From Spirochaetia bacterium (GTDB taxonomy: Bacteria > Spirochaetota > Spirochaetia > SZUA-6 > Bin103): a stretch of DNA of 64,000 bases. A model generated the notes under the pieces. That model saw only the letters and a program-made list of their open reading frames with translations, made no database searches and was not told the origin of the DNA. Location: assembly GCA_965203055.1 (NCBI GenBank), contig OZ241863.1, positions 3,034,545 through 3,098,544 of the forward strand. The letters run 5' to 3'. Position 1 is the stretch's first letter. Each line of letters opens with the position of its first letter. The position numbers and the translations under genes were made by a program. Below are positions 46,707-56,950 of this stretch, one piece after another.

Positions 46707-46897
46707 AGGTCAGGGTTCCTCCTTGAGGTAGTAATTGAGTGAGTGACAGTTAAAGCCTGCCGCTCCGCATCTGGTCAAGCTGCCGCCCCTCCACTATCAT
46801 CCGGGGACCGTGCCGGGACTAGCCAGGTGAACTCAATGCGCAACAAGCCTATGACCGCAGCCCCGGGAGTGCGGCCCCTGCGCCGGGCGGCCCGGGC

Positions 46898-47866
46898 GTG
46901 AGCGCCGGCCACGCGGCGGCGCATCCCCGGGTGGCCGCGGCGGCGCGGCCGCGGTTGCTGCTGCGCCTGTATCAGCACCGCGTCAGCTATCTGCTGCTGC
47001 TGCCGGCGCTGGCGGCGGTCACCATCTTCGCCTACCGCACCTACCCCTGGGTGTTGATGTCGTTCCAGGACTTCACCTTCAAGCGCGGCCTGCTCGGCAG
47101 CGACTGGGTCGGCCTGCTCCACTTCCGGGAGATGTTCGCCAACCCGGTGTTCTACCGCGCGGTGCGCAACACTCTGGTAATAAACTTCCTCACCTTCCTG
47201 GTGGGCATTCCCGCGCCGATCATCTTCGCGCTGCTGCTCAACGAACTGCGCCAGCGGCTGTTCAAGCGGGTTACCCAGACCATCACCTATCTGCCCCACT
47301 TCCTTTCCTGGGTGATTACCGCCGGTCTGTTCTATCAACTGCTCAACGTCGATACCGGCCTGATCAACCTCGCCATCCGCGGCCTGGGGCTGCAGCCGGT
47401 GGCGTTCTTCCGCGAGCCCGAGCTGTTCTGGCCGATCATGGTGGGCGTCTCGATATGGAAGGAGGTGGGCTGGACTTCGATCATCTATCTCGGCGCGCTG
47501 TCGGCGATCAACGCCGAGCTGTACGAGGCCGCCACCATCGACGGCGCCAACCGCTGGCAGCAGGTGTGGCACGTCACGGTGCCGGGCTTGCTGGGCACCA
47601 TGGCGGTGGTGCTGATCCTCACTGCCGGTCAGATCATCCGCGGCGGCGGCATCATTCCGGACTTCGAGGCCATCTTCAACATGCGCAATCCGCTGGTGGC
47701 GATGCGCTCCGATACCGTCGCGGTGCATACCTACCTGGAGGGAGTGCTGCACTCGCGCTACGCCTACGGCACCGCGGTGGGGCTGGCCGAGTCGGTGTTC
47801 GCACTGGTGGCGGTGGTGTCCGCCAACTGGTTGGCCAAGCGGTTCCGCGGTTCGGGGGTGTTCTAA
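46898..47866 (+). CDS. sugar ABC transporter permease (MalF-like)
   Basis: GTG start. EAA loop EAATIDGANRWQQVWHVTVP. Confidence 0.8.
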   Translation: MSAGHAAAHPRVAAAARPRLLLRLYQHRVSYLLLLPALAAVTIFAYRTYPWVLMSFQDFTFKRGLLGSDWVGLLHFREMFANPVFYRAVRNTLVINFLTFLVGIPAPIIFALLLNELRQRLFKRVTQTITYLPHFLSWVITAGLFYQLLNVDTGLINLAIRGLGLQPVAFFREPELFWPIMVGVSIWKEVGWTSIIYLGALSAINAELYEAATIDGANRWQQVWHVTVPGLLGTMAVVLILTAGQIIRGGGIIPDFEAIFNMRNPLVAMRSDTVAVHTYLEGVLHSRYAYGTAVGLAESVFALVAVVSANWLAKRFRGSGVF

Positions 47867-47870
47867 GACG

Positions 47871-48758
47871 GTGCAGGGCCGCTCTTCCGCAGAACGCATA
47901 TTCGCCGGCGCCAACGTCATCTTCTTCCTGTTCTTCTGCGCCATCACCATCTACCCGTTCATCAATGCAATCGCCTATTCGCTGTCCTCGGCCGACGGCG
48001 TGCGGCGCAACATCATCACCTTCCTGCCGTATGGCCTGACGCTGGAGAACTACGGCATCATCTTCCGCCGCGCGGACATTCTCCGGGCCAGCGGCATCTC
48101 GCTCGCGCGCACGGTGCTGGGCACCCTCTACGCGATCGTCATCACCACGCTCGCCGCCTATGCCCTGCTCGACCGGCGGCTGCCGCTGCGGCGTCCGATC
48201 ACCATCTATCTGATCATCCCGATGTACGTGTACGCCGGGCTGATCCCCTACTTCGTGCTGATCTACGATCTCAAGTTGATGAACAACTTCCTGGTGTACG
48301 TGCTGCCGCATGGCTTCTGGGCCTTCAACATGATTCTGATTCGCACCTACATGGAATCGATCCCCGACAGCCTCGTGGAGTCGGCCAAGATCGACGGCGC
48401 CCGGGAGTTGACTATCATGACGCGCATCGTGGTCCCGCTGTCGTTGCCGATCATCGCCGTGATCTGCCTGTTCCTCGCGGTGTGGCAGTGGAACTCCTGG
48501 TTCGACGCCATGCTCTTCGTCACCCGGCCGGAGCTGCAGCCGTTGGCCATCATGTTGCGCAAGATCCTGCTCCAGGAAGTGGTCGCCGACGCCTCCTCGA
48601 TGATGTCGCTCACGCGGGTGGACGCGGTGCGCAAGGTGAGCAGCGAAGGCGTCAAGATGGCAACCCTGATCGTCGCCACGCTGCCGATCATATTCGCGTA
48701 TCCGTTCTTCCAACGCTACTTCATCAAGGGCATCATGATCGGGGCAGTAAAAGAATGA
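47871..48758 (+). CDS. sugar ABC transporter permease (MalG-like)
   Basis: GTG start. EAA loop ESAKIDGARELTIMTRIVVP. Confidence 0.8.
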   Translation: MQGRSSAERIFAGANVIFFLFFCAITIYPFINAIAYSLSSADGVRRNIITFLPYGLTLENYGIIFRRADILRASGISLARTVLGTLYAIVITTLAAYALLDRRLPLRRPITIYLIIPMYVYAGLIPYFVLIYDLKLMNNFLVYVLPHGFWAFNMILIRTYMESIPDSLVESAKIDGARELTIMTRIVVPLSLPIIAVICLFLAVWQWNSWFDAMLFVTRPELQPLAIMLRKILLQEVVADASSMMSLTRVDAVRKVSSEGVKMATLIVATLPIIFAYPFFQRYFIKGIMIGAVKE

Positions 48759-48826
48759 GCAACAGGAGCCCGCAGCCGCGGGCGTTCGCCTCGGAACAAG
48801 CGCGCAATCACGCAACAGGAGGATTG

Positions 48827-50587
48827 ATGATGAAACGCCTTGGTATTCTGATAATGACGCTGGCGCTGGCCGCGCCGTTCGCGCTCCTGGCCGGCGGAAC
48901 TGAAGAACAGACCGCGGTCGGCGAAGATGAGTGGGCGGAATATGAAGTATTCATGTTCACCCGCTTCGAGAACCTGTGGATGAACAATCCGGGGGACGTC
49001 GTCACCCCGTACATAGAGGAGAAGTTCAAGCTGCGCATCAGCGACCTGCAATGGCAGGGCGAGATGACGGCGCAGCAACGCATCGCCCAATACGCCGCCA
49101 CCGGATCGTGGCCGGACGTGTTCATCGGCGACCCCAACTTCCTGCAGCTCATGCTCAAGCAGGATGAGCACATGGACCTGACCGAGCTGGTGCCGCAGTA
49201 CATGCCCACCTACTGGAACGAGGTGATGACCGACGTCGATAAGCAGCTCAACTACGGCATGAGCGGCGGCGACGGCAAGATCGCGTTCATCTACAAGCAC
49301 AGCCTGCATCCGTTCGACCCGGCGAAGGACGACGATCCCTACACCGTGTTCAACCGCAGCTCGCACGCCCTGCAGACGCGCGAGGATCTGTTGACCGCGG
49401 CGGGGTATACCTTCAAGCCGATGGCCGAAATCGTGGCCGAGGCGCAGCGCACCGGCAAACCGCCGAGCCGGGAAGACTTCGCCCTCGATCCACCCATCGA
49501 CACGCCGGAGCAACTCACCGAGTACCTGCGCAAGATCAAGGCGATGAACCTGACCATGAACAACGCGCCGGTCTACCCGATCACCTGGGACTGGTCGATG
49601 TTTCACATTGGCACGATGTACGACTGGGGGCACTGGAAGTACAACTTCGAGACCCGGACCGCGGACGGCTACCTGGGCAGTCCGGGGGCCAAGGAATGGT
49701 TCTGGCTGGTCAATCGCTGGTACCAGGAAGGGCTCGTGGATCCTGACTTCCTGGTCGACAAGAAGGCGCAGATTCGCCAGAAGTACGCCGGCGGCCGGAT
49801 CGGCACGTTCTTCGACGTGTACGACCTGCCGGGGACCATCCGCGCGCTCAAGGCGCTCGATTCAAGCTACGTCATGCGCCCGATACCGATGGTCGAGGCC
49901 GATCCCTCCAACCACGGCTATTGGGACGCCTATGTGCCCGGTTGGTTCGACGTCGTGCTGAGCGCCGACCTGGATGAGTCGATTGCGATCCGGCTGCTGA
50001 AGATGTGGGACTGGATGTACACCCGCGAAGGGATGGAGATCCTGACCTGGGGGCCACCCGACAGCGGCTTGTGGGAGCTCCGCGACGGGGTCAAGGTGTT
50101 CACCGATCCGGCGGTATGGGAAGCGGGGCGCACCATGAGCGAAGGCCAGGGCGGACCGGAGGAGTATGGACTGCAGGCCCTGCGCGGCCATACCGAGGGC
50201 GACATGTGGTCGCGCATCGCCAATGCGAGCGCCGGCCCGCAAGCCGCCCGCTTCTTCCCTTCCAGCATCCAACGCAGCTATCCGCTGGATATCAACGATA
50301 CGCTGGTCTACAACGCCGGCAAGGTACTGACCGGGTTCAGCCACCACCGTCCGCTGCGCGGCAACGTGAGTTACGGCGTGGGCGAGGTGGTCGGCAAGAC
50401 TTCCGACTACTACTGGGGCGACTTCCGCACCGGGCTCAATCAGGACTTGACGTCGTTGATCAACGCCGAAACGCGGCAGGAGTACGATGCCGCATGGGAG
50501 GACGTGTTCTCCCGCTTCAAGCGCACCACCCGCTACGACGAGGCGCAACAGATCATGACCGAGTATTTTCAGAGCTACCTGGAGTAG
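48827..50587 (+). CDS. extracellular solute-binding protein, CUT1 family (sugar ABC)
   Basis: AGGAGG RBS. Signal peptide MMKRLGILIMTLALAAPFALLAGG. 586 aa. Confidence 0.8.
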   Translation: MMKRLGILIMTLALAAPFALLAGGTEEQTAVGEDEWAEYEVFMFTRFENLWMNNPGDVVTPYIEEKFKLRISDLQWQGEMTAQQRIAQYAATGSWPDVFIGDPNFLQLMLKQDEHMDLTELVPQYMPTYWNEVMTDVDKQLNYGMSGGDGKIAFIYKHSLHPFDPAKDDDPYTVFNRSSHALQTREDLLTAAGYTFKPMAEIVAEAQRTGKPPSREDFALDPPIDTPEQLTEYLRKIKAMNLTMNNAPVYPITWDWSMFHIGTMYDWGHWKYNFETRTADGYLGSPGAKEWFWLVNRWYQEGLVDPDFLVDKKAQIRQKYAGGRIGTFFDVYDLPGTIRALKALDSSYVMRPIPMVEADPSNHGYWDAYVPGWFDVVLSADLDESIAIRLLKMWDWMYTREGMEILTWGPPDSGLWELRDGVKVFTDPAVWEAGRTMSEGQGGPEEYGLQALRGHTEGDMWSRIANASAGPQAARFFPSSIQRSYPLDINDTLVYNAGKVLTGFSHHRPLRGNVSYGVGEVVGKTSDYYWGDFRTGLNQDLTSLINAETRQEYDAAWEDVFSRFKRTTRYDEAQQIMTEYFQSYLE

Positions 50588-50678
50588 CGGAGTCACCGCA
50601 TCCGGGGGCGGGGCGGCGGCGTGGTTACCGCGCCGCTCCCCGCCGTTTCGCAAGGATTTCGCAGCAAGGATACTGCAG

Positions 50679-51563
50679 ATGGCCAACGAGCAAACGGTGC
50701 GGCCGGCGCTGGCGGCCGCCGACTGGGAGCGGCTGAACGCCGCGCCGCTGCCTGACCTGGACGGCGAATACCCGCTCAGCGAGGCGCAGGTGGAGCGCTT
50801 CCGGGAGCAGGGATTCATCGTCCTGGAAGGGGTGCTGGACCGCGCCGAGATCACCGCCTACGGGGAGGCGATCCGCGCCGTCGCCATGGCCCACTTCCGC
50901 GCCCGCGGGCTGGCCGCGTCGTTCGGCGGCGCCTTCCTGCAGCAGCTCAACCTGCGCTACTGCTCCGACGCGGTGCGCAGCTTCGTGCTCAGCCCGCGCT
51001 TCGGGCGCATTGCCAGCCGCCTGCTGGGCGCGCCCGCGGTGCGCCTGTATCACGAGCAGGCGCTGTTCAAGCCGCCGGGCGGGATCGACTCGCACTGGCA
51101 CCAGGACCAGTTCTACTTCCCGTTCGACGATACCTTCACCCTGGGAATGTGGATGCCGCTGGTGGACTGCTCGCCGGACATGGGGCCGCTGCGCTTCATC
51201 GCCGGCTCGCACAAGTACGGCAACCTGGAGGGCATGTCGATCAGCGAGGAGTCGAAGCACTTCTTCGACGACTTCGCCGCGCGCGAGGGGCTGCAGGTGG
51301 TGCAGGTGCCTGGGCTTCGGGCCGGCGACTGCTCGCTGCACCTGGGCTGGACCGTGCACGGCGCGCCGGCCAACCGCTCGGACAAGATGCGCGAGGCGAT
51401 GACCGCCAACTACTTCCCCGACGGCGCGCGCATCACCGACCTGGCGCGCTCGCCGGACGGGCTGCGCTTCGTGGGCGGCCTGCTGCCCGGCCAGCTCGCC
51501 ACCAGCGCGATGAACCCGATCGTCTTTTCCGCCGCCGACGCGGCGGCGGCGGAGGGCGGCTGA
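50679..51563 (+). CDS. phytanoyl-CoA dioxygenase (PhyH) family oxygenase
   Basis: HWHQDQFYFP ... HLGWTVHGAPAN. Paralogous in fold to 30530..31405. Confidence 0.7.
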   Translation: MANEQTVRPALAAADWERLNAAPLPDLDGEYPLSEAQVERFREQGFIVLEGVLDRAEITAYGEAIRAVAMAHFRARGLAASFGGAFLQQLNLRYCSDAVRSFVLSPRFGRIASRLLGAPAVRLYHEQALFKPPGGIDSHWHQDQFYFPFDDTFTLGMWMPLVDCSPDMGPLRFIAGSHKYGNLEGMSISEESKHFFDDFAAREGLQVVQVPGLRAGDCSLHLGWTVHGAPANRSDKMREAMTANYFPDGARITDLARSPDGLRFVGGLLPGQLATSAMNPIVFSAADAAAAEGG

Positions 51564-53101
51564 TGGAGCAGTGGAGCGCCGCGCGCGCGAACGAGTGGTT
51601 CGCTTCGATCCCGCTGCCGTTCGGCTGCAACTTCCTGCCGAGCAGCGCGGTGAATAGCACCGAGATGTGGCAGGCGGAGAGCTTCGACCCGGCCACCATC
51701 GAGCGCGAGCTGAGCTGGGCGGCCGGGCTCGGCTACAACACGGTGCGCGTGTTCCTGCAGTTCATGGTCTGGGAGGCGGACCCGGAGGGCCAGAAGGAGC
51801 GCCTGGAGACGTTCCTCAGGCTGGCTGACGCGGCCGGCATTTCGATGATGCCGATCCTGTTCGACGATTGCCGCTTCGACGACCGCGACCCCTACCCGGG
51901 GCGCCAGGATGAGCCCAAGCCGGGGGTGCACAACAGCCGCTGGACGCCGAGCCCCGGCTACGCCGCGGCCGACGACCCGGCGCGCTGGCCGCAGCTCGAA
52001 GCGTACGTGACCGACCTGGTGGGGGCGTTCGGCGGCGACCGCCGGGTGCTGGTGTGGGACCTGTACAACGAGCCGGGCGGGGCGCGCCCCCAGGCCAGCC
52101 TGCCGCTGCTGGAGGCGGCGTTCCGCTGGGCGCGCGCCGCGCGGCCGCGCCAGCCGCTGACCGTGGGGTCATTCTTCTGGGACGACTACATGACCGAGAT
52201 TCGGCTTCGCGGCGAACGCAACTCCGACGTGGTGTCGTTCCACAGCTACGGCAACCTCAACGAAATCGGGGAGCGGCTCGACGAGCTGGCGCGGTACGGG
52301 CGGCCGCTGCTGTGCACCGAATGGCTGGCGCGCCACCACGGCTCCAAGTTCGCCAGCCACCTGCCGCTGTTCCGCGACCGCAACGTCGGCAGCTATCAGT
52401 GGGGGCTGGTGGCCGGGCGCACTCAGACCTTCCTGCACTGGTACACGCGCTACAGCCCGGAGCCGGCGCCGCCGGAGCCGCGCCTGTGGCTGCACGACGT
52501 GCTGCGGCGCGACGGCTCGCTGTACGATCCCGCGGAAGCCGCGCCGCTGCGCGCGCACGCCGGCGAGGAGCTGGCGCTGGAACCGGCGCCAATGACGCCG
52601 GAGCTGATGGCCGACCTGGAGCGGCGCGGGCTGATCATCCGCCTGCGGCCCGGCGCCCATGACCTGGCGGCGCGGCCGGGCGAGACCCTCGGCGAGTCGA
52701 TCTACGAGAGCGCTGGCCGGTACGGCCCGCACAAGCTGATCGCGGTCACCGTGAACCGCGCCGAGTTCGCGGCCTTCGGCACCCATCCCGACAACGAGGA
52801 GTTCCTGTTGCTCGGCAACCCCGACAGCCAGCCGCTGTACCTTGCGGTGGCGCTGTGCCTGCGGGAGGAGTTCGAGGACAAGGTGAAGAGCGGCCGGCTG
52901 ACCGCCGCGGACCTGGTGATGATCGAGTGCCGTTACAACGACCCGGAGGTGAGTTTCTTCGTGATGCGCGCCGGCGTGCCGCACGGCGAGGCGGTGATGC
53001 CGGCGGCGGGCAAGCCGGCGCCCAGCTTCTACGTCACCGAATCGCGCGACCTGCCGCTGGACCTGCTCGACCTGCGCAAGTACCGCCTGTCCGCGACCTG
53101 A
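51563..53101 (+). CDS. TIM-barrel glycoside-hydrolase-like domain fused to a C-terminal cupin-like domain
   Basis: The N-terminal half has GH5/GH113-like features (NTVRVFLQFMVWEADP, VLVWDLYNEPG, LCTEWL). The C-terminal roughly 150 aa are separate. The ATG overlaps the upstream stop. Confidence 0.45.
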   Translation: MEQWSAARANEWFASIPLPFGCNFLPSSAVNSTEMWQAESFDPATIERELSWAAGLGYNTVRVFLQFMVWEADPEGQKERLETFLRLADAAGISMMPILFDDCRFDDRDPYPGRQDEPKPGVHNSRWTPSPGYAAADDPARWPQLEAYVTDLVGAFGGDRRVLVWDLYNEPGGARPQASLPLLEAAFRWARAARPRQPLTVGSFFWDDYMTEIRLRGERNSDVVSFHSYGNLNEIGERLDELARYGRPLLCTEWLARHHGSKFASHLPLFRDRNVGSYQWGLVAGRTQTFLHWYTRYSPEPAPPEPRLWLHDVLRRDGSLYDPAEAAPLRAHAGEELALEPAPMTPELMADLERRGLIIRLRPGAHDLAARPGETLGESIYESAGRYGPHKLIAVTVNRAEFAAFGTHPDNEEFLLLGNPDSQPLYLAVALCLREEFEDKVKSGRLTAADLVMIECRYNDPEVSFFVMRAGVPHGEAVMPAAGKPAPSFYVTESRDLPLDLLDLRKYRLSAT

Positions 53102-53117
53102 AAAAGGGCCGGTTCGG

Positions 53118-53804
53118 GTGGAACGGCCGCACTATCACCAACACCGCCGGCGGCTGCGCGAACGCTTCCTCAAGAGCGGCGTGGCCGGGTTCGCCGAGCA
53201 TGAGGTCATCGAGCTGATCCTGACGCTGGCCATTCCCCGCCGCGACGTAAAGGAACCCGCCAAGGCGCTGCTCGCGCGCTTCGGCAACCTGCGCGGCGTC
53301 ATGGATGCGCCGCGTTCCGAATTGCAGGCCGTAGCGGGCGTGGGCGAAGTCGCCGCAACCGCGCTGCAAGTCATACGCGCGGTCGCCACGCTCTACCTGC
53401 AGCAGGCGTCCGAGGACGAAGCGGAAGCGCTGAGCGATCCCCGGCGGCTGAGCGACTTCTGGCGCATGCGGATCGGCGCCCTGAAGCACGAAGTGTTCGC
53501 CGTGGCATATCTGGATTCGGCGGGCCGGCTGCTCCGCGACGGCGTGGAGACCCTGCAGGAGGGCACCATCGACCGCGCCGCGGTGTATCCCCGCCGGGTG
53601 GCGGCGGCCGCGCTCCGGCGGGAGGCGGCGGCCATCGTGCTGGCGCACAATCATCCGAACGGCCTGCTGCAGCCGAGCGAGCACGACAAGCTGATCACGC
53701 GCGCGATCGTGCTGGCCGCCGAGACCGTCGGGCTGCGCGTCGTCGATCACCTGATCGTGGCCGCGCAGGACACCTTCAGCTTCCGGCAGGCCGGCCTGCT
53801 GTGA
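53118..53804 (+). CDS. radC: RadC-family JAB/MPN domain protein
   Basis: HhH N-terminal region and JAMM-like motif HNHPNGLLQPSEHD. GTG start. Confidence 0.75.
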   Translation: MERPHYHQHRRRLRERFLKSGVAGFAEHEVIELILTLAIPRRDVKEPAKALLARFGNLRGVMDAPRSELQAVAGVGEVAATALQVIRAVATLYLQQASEDEAEALSDPRRLSDFWRMRIGALKHEVFAVAYLDSAGRLLRDGVETLQEGTIDRAAVYPRRVAAAALRREAAAIVLAHNHPNGLLQPSEHDKLITRAIVLAAETVGLRVVDHLIVAAQDTFSFRQAGLL

Positions 53805-53887
53805 GCGCCGCCTGCCGTCCTGACGTTCGTTCGCTCGTCTCGACGGCGCCGGCCCGAAAAGGGTAGATTCCGGTCAGGAGAGTTGGA

Positions 53888-54628
53888 ATGCCGTTTACCG
53901 TCGAAGACTTCCAAGACTTGGTGCAACTGCTCGATGAGCGTCCGGAGTGGCGGTCGGAACTGCGTCGTCTGGTATTGAGCGACGAGTACCTGGCGCTGCC
54001 GGAGCAGCTTGCCGAGTTCCGGCGCGACATGGAACAGCGCTTTATCGAGGTCGAGAAGCAGATCGCCGACCTGCGGCGCGACATGGAGCAGCGTTTTTGC
54101 GAAGTCGAGAAGCAGATCGCTGAACTGCGGGGCGACACCGACGTCCACTTCCATCGTGTCAACGTGCAGATCGGGCAACTCAAGGGCGAGAACCTGGAGC
54201 GGCGCTACCGGGAACGCGCGCACGCCTACTTCGGCCGGCTGCTCCGCAAGGGCCGGGTGGTAGGGTCGCAAGAACTGTCCGATCTCCTGGAGGAAGCGGC
54301 CGACCGCGGCGTCCTGTCGCAGAGCGACCGGGAGGAGGTGGCGTGGGCCGATCTGATCATGCGCGGCCGGTGGCGCGCTGACGGCCGGCAGGTCATGGTG
54401 CTCGCGGAGGTCTCGTGGGTCGTCGACCGCAACGACGTGCGGCGGGCCGTGGACCGGGCGGCGCTGCTGAGCCGGCTGGGCACGCCGGTGGTGCCGGTGG
54501 TCGCCGGAGACTCCGTCACCGAGCGCGCGGCGGACATGGCGCGCAGCCGCAACGTGTGGCAAATGCTCGATGGCCGATTGGTTGAACCGGATGGCATGAG
54601 CCAGACTGAGTTGGCAGCGCGTCCGTAA
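53888..54628 (+). CDS. hypothetical coiled-coil protein (DUF3782-like?) with an internal 22 aa duplication
   Basis: EFRRDMEQRFIEVEKQIADLRR immediately repeated as DMEQRFCEVEKQIAELRG. The C-terminal region has a possible restriction-endonuclease-like motif (VLAEVSWVVDRND). Confidence 0.4.
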   Translation: MPFTVEDFQDLVQLLDERPEWRSELRRLVLSDEYLALPEQLAEFRRDMEQRFIEVEKQIADLRRDMEQRFCEVEKQIAELRGDTDVHFHRVNVQIGQLKGENLERRYRERAHAYFGRLLRKGRVVGSQELSDLLEEAADRGVLSQSDREEVAWADLIMRGRWRADGRQVMVLAEVSWVVDRNDVRRAVDRAALLSRLGTPVVPVVAGDSVTERAADMARSRNVWQMLDGRLVEPDGMSQTELAARP

Positions 54629-54637
54629 GCGGCCGCG

Positions 54638-56146
54638 ATGACACCCGCTGATCTGGAAGTCCTCATCCAGCAGGGCGAAGGCACGACGCTCGAATTCAAG
54701 GAAGCGGTGTCGTCGTCGTTCGCGCGGGAGCTCGTGGCGCTGGCCAACACCGTCGGCGGGAAGATTTTGCTAGGTGTACGGGACGATCATTCCATCGTCG
54801 GGATCCGGGACGCCAACGAGCTGCGCGCCCGACTCCAGGGCCTTGCCCGCAACTGCGATCCTCCGGTGAAGGTGCGCGTGGAGCCGGTCGGCAACGTGCT
54901 GGTGGTCCACGTACGGGAGAGCGACGCCAAACCGGTGCAGTGCAGCGACGGGTTCTTCAGTCGCCAAGGCGCGGTAACGCAGAAGCTGAACCGAAACGAG
55001 ATCCGCGACTTCTTCCGGGTCGAAGGGGCGATCCGGTTCGACTTGGCGGTTTGCCCCCGGTTCCGCTATCCGGAGGACTTCGACCGCGAGAAGTACGACC
55101 GGTGGGTAGGTTACTCCGGCATCACCGGACGGCCGCCGGTGGAGGACACTCTGGTCAACATCGAGGCGGCCGAGCGGGCTGGCGACCGGCTGCTGTTCCG
55201 CAACGCCGGCGTGCTGTTCTTCGCCCGGAACGTGCGGCACTTCTTCCCGGAGGCATATATCACCTGTCTGTTGGGCCGGGGGACCGACAAGGTTCACATT
55301 CTGGATCGCAAGGACTTCGCCGGGGGGACCGTGGCCGACATCGAGGAAGCCATGCGCTTCATCGAGCGCAATACCCGCACCGCCTACCGGATCGAGGGCC
55401 TGCGCCGGGAAAACGTCCCGGAGTACCCGATGAACGCGCTGCGCGAGGCGATCACCAACGCGGTCATGCATCGCGACTGGTTCTACAACGGCACCAACGT
55501 GTTCGTGGAGCTCTACGCCGACCGCATCGAGGTGATCAGTCCCGGCAGCCTGCCCCCCGGCCTGACCGTTGCCGAGCTGGGGCGCCGGAGCGTGCGGCGC
55601 AACCCGCTCATCTCCGACCTGCTCCACCGCATCGAGTTCATCGAGATGGCCGGCACCGGCATCCGGCGCATCCGGGAGGAAGCGCGGGCGCGCCGCTGCC
55701 CGGAGCCGACGTTCGAGGCCAACAGCTTCGTGACCGTCACCTTCCGGCCCAACCCCGAGGTGCGGGCGGCGACCGGCGATGATGGGACTACCGGGGAAGT
55801 CACCGGGGATGTTACCGGGGTAGTTACGCCGCAGGAGACGCATCAAACCCCTTCCCGGGCAACCACCGGGGAAGTCACCGGGGATGTTACCGGGGAAGTC
55901 ACCGGGGAAGTCGCGGCGGTTGTCCGGCTGCTGCGAGCGATGGCCGGCGACATGACCAGGCAGCATCTCCAGGAGGCGCTTGGCCTGAAGCACGAGGACC
56001 ACTTCCGCAGTGCGTACCTGCAGCCCGCTCTGCGCGCCGGCCTGGTAGAAATGACCATCCCCGACAAGCCGCGCAGCCGCAGCCAGCGCTACCGGCTGAC
56101 GCCCGCCGGCAGCCGCTACCTGAGACGAACGGAGGAGACCCCGTAG
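54638..56146 (+). CDS. AlbA_2 (Schlafen-like) + HATPase_c_4 (RecG C-terminal-like) putative DNA-binding / ATP-binding regulator
   Basis: The N-terminus TLEFKEAVSSSFARELVALANTVGGKILLGV is typical of AlbA_2. The C-terminal HATPase_c_4-like region is ...NALREAITNAVMHRDW. A linker carries TGEVTGDVTG heptad-like repeats. Confidence 0.7.
   Translation: MTPADLEVLIQQGEGTTLEFKEAVSSSFARELVALANTVGGKILLGVRDDHSIVGIRDANELRARLQGLARNCDPPVKVRVEPVGNVLVVHVRESDAKPVQCSDGFFSRQGAVTQKLNRNEIRDFFRVEGAIRFDLAVCPRFRYPEDFDREKYDRWVGYSGITGRPPVEDTLVNIEAAERAGDRLLFRNAGVLFFARNVRHFFPEAYITCLLGRGTDKVHILDRKDFAGGTVADIEEAMRFIERNTRTAYRIEGLRRENVPEYPMNALREAITNAVMHRDWFYNGTNVFVELYADRIEVISPGSLPPGLTVAELGRRSVRRNPLISDLLHRIEFIEMAGTGIRRIREEARARRCPEPTFEANSFVTVTFRPNPEVRAATGDDGTTGEVTGDVTGVVTPQETHQTPSRATTGEVTGDVTGEVTGEVAAVVRLLRAMAGDMTRQHLQEALGLKHEDHFRSAYLQPALRAGLVEMTIPDKPRSRSQRYRLTPAGSRYLRRTEETP
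55789..55911 (+). repeat. 12-nt tandem repeats (accggggaagtc / accggggatgtt) in two blocks inside the AlbA_2/HATPase gene
   Basis: Block 1 is three units at 55789-55824 and block 2 is four units at 55864-55911. They encode TGEV/TGDV repeats. Confidence 0.8.
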
Positions 56147-56166
56147 ATGGCGAAGATCGATGGCCC
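56061..56166 (+). repeat. about 95 bp direct duplication (copy 1) of the AlbA_2-gene 3' end plus the mod 5' start; copy 2 is at 57221-57306
   Basis: gccgcagccagcgctaccgg...ccgctacctgagacgaa(c/t)ggaggagac(c/g)ccgtagATGgcgaagatcga occurs at both sites. Copy 1 ends the AlbA_2 gene and copy 2 immediately precedes mod #2. Confidence 0.8.
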
Positions 56167-56950
56167 GCGTACTATAGGTGCCACGGCGTCGCGCAGGCTC
56201 TCAGCCCCTCGCGTGGGATCGACGTTGCCGGTCCGTATCCGCCAAGGCCAGTTCCTCGACGGCGGCCATAGCACGCTCAGGACCGCTGGCTCGACCAGGG
56301 CCTGCGCGGGCGCGCAGCGGTCGGCGACGGCTTGCGCGGCGGCAGCTTCTCGCCGGTGTACGCGTCCCACTCGTTGCCGTCAGCGTCGGCCATGATAAAG
56401 CGGTCCTCGCGGCGCACCCTGCCGCTCGCGAGCGACTCCCGGACCCCTTCCGGCGTCAGCTCCCCGAGCGGGCGCCCGGAGTAGTCGCTGTCTACGGCTT
56501 GGGTTTCGTCGGCTTCTTCTTTCTGCTTGCCCATCTGCGACTCATCAGGAGCTTGTCATTGGCTTGCGCGATCGGCACGAACTCGTCATACGGCCACTGC
56601 CTGACCCGCAACACCCTGTTCTTTGTGGGTGAGCATCTTGTCGAGCTGCGCCTTTAGGACCGATGACCCGCTCCGCCACGCAATATACTGCGCATACGCC
56701 CGCGCCCACAACTCGGCCTCGTGGGTCAGGTAGGTATCGCCCTGCAGGAGCGCATACCTCTTGCTCTGCAGGATCGCCTTATGACCGCCTGCATCGTCCG
56801 AGTCGACTCCCGCTTAGACTCGAGGTCGTCTATTTCGGCGACGCCCTTCTTTGACATGCCCGACGTCAGTACGCGCCGGCGCGAGTGCCCGCCGGCGCGC
56901 AGCCTGGATGCCTGTTTGACTGATGATACCATGGCGAATACCATATAGCC

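Noticed and set aside
56147-56395. 82 aa ORF starting MAKIDGPRTIG
   Set aside because: Its first 5 codons are the duplicated start of mod carried in the 95 bp duplication. The remainder is non-homologous read-through. It is a by-product of the insertion, not a gene.
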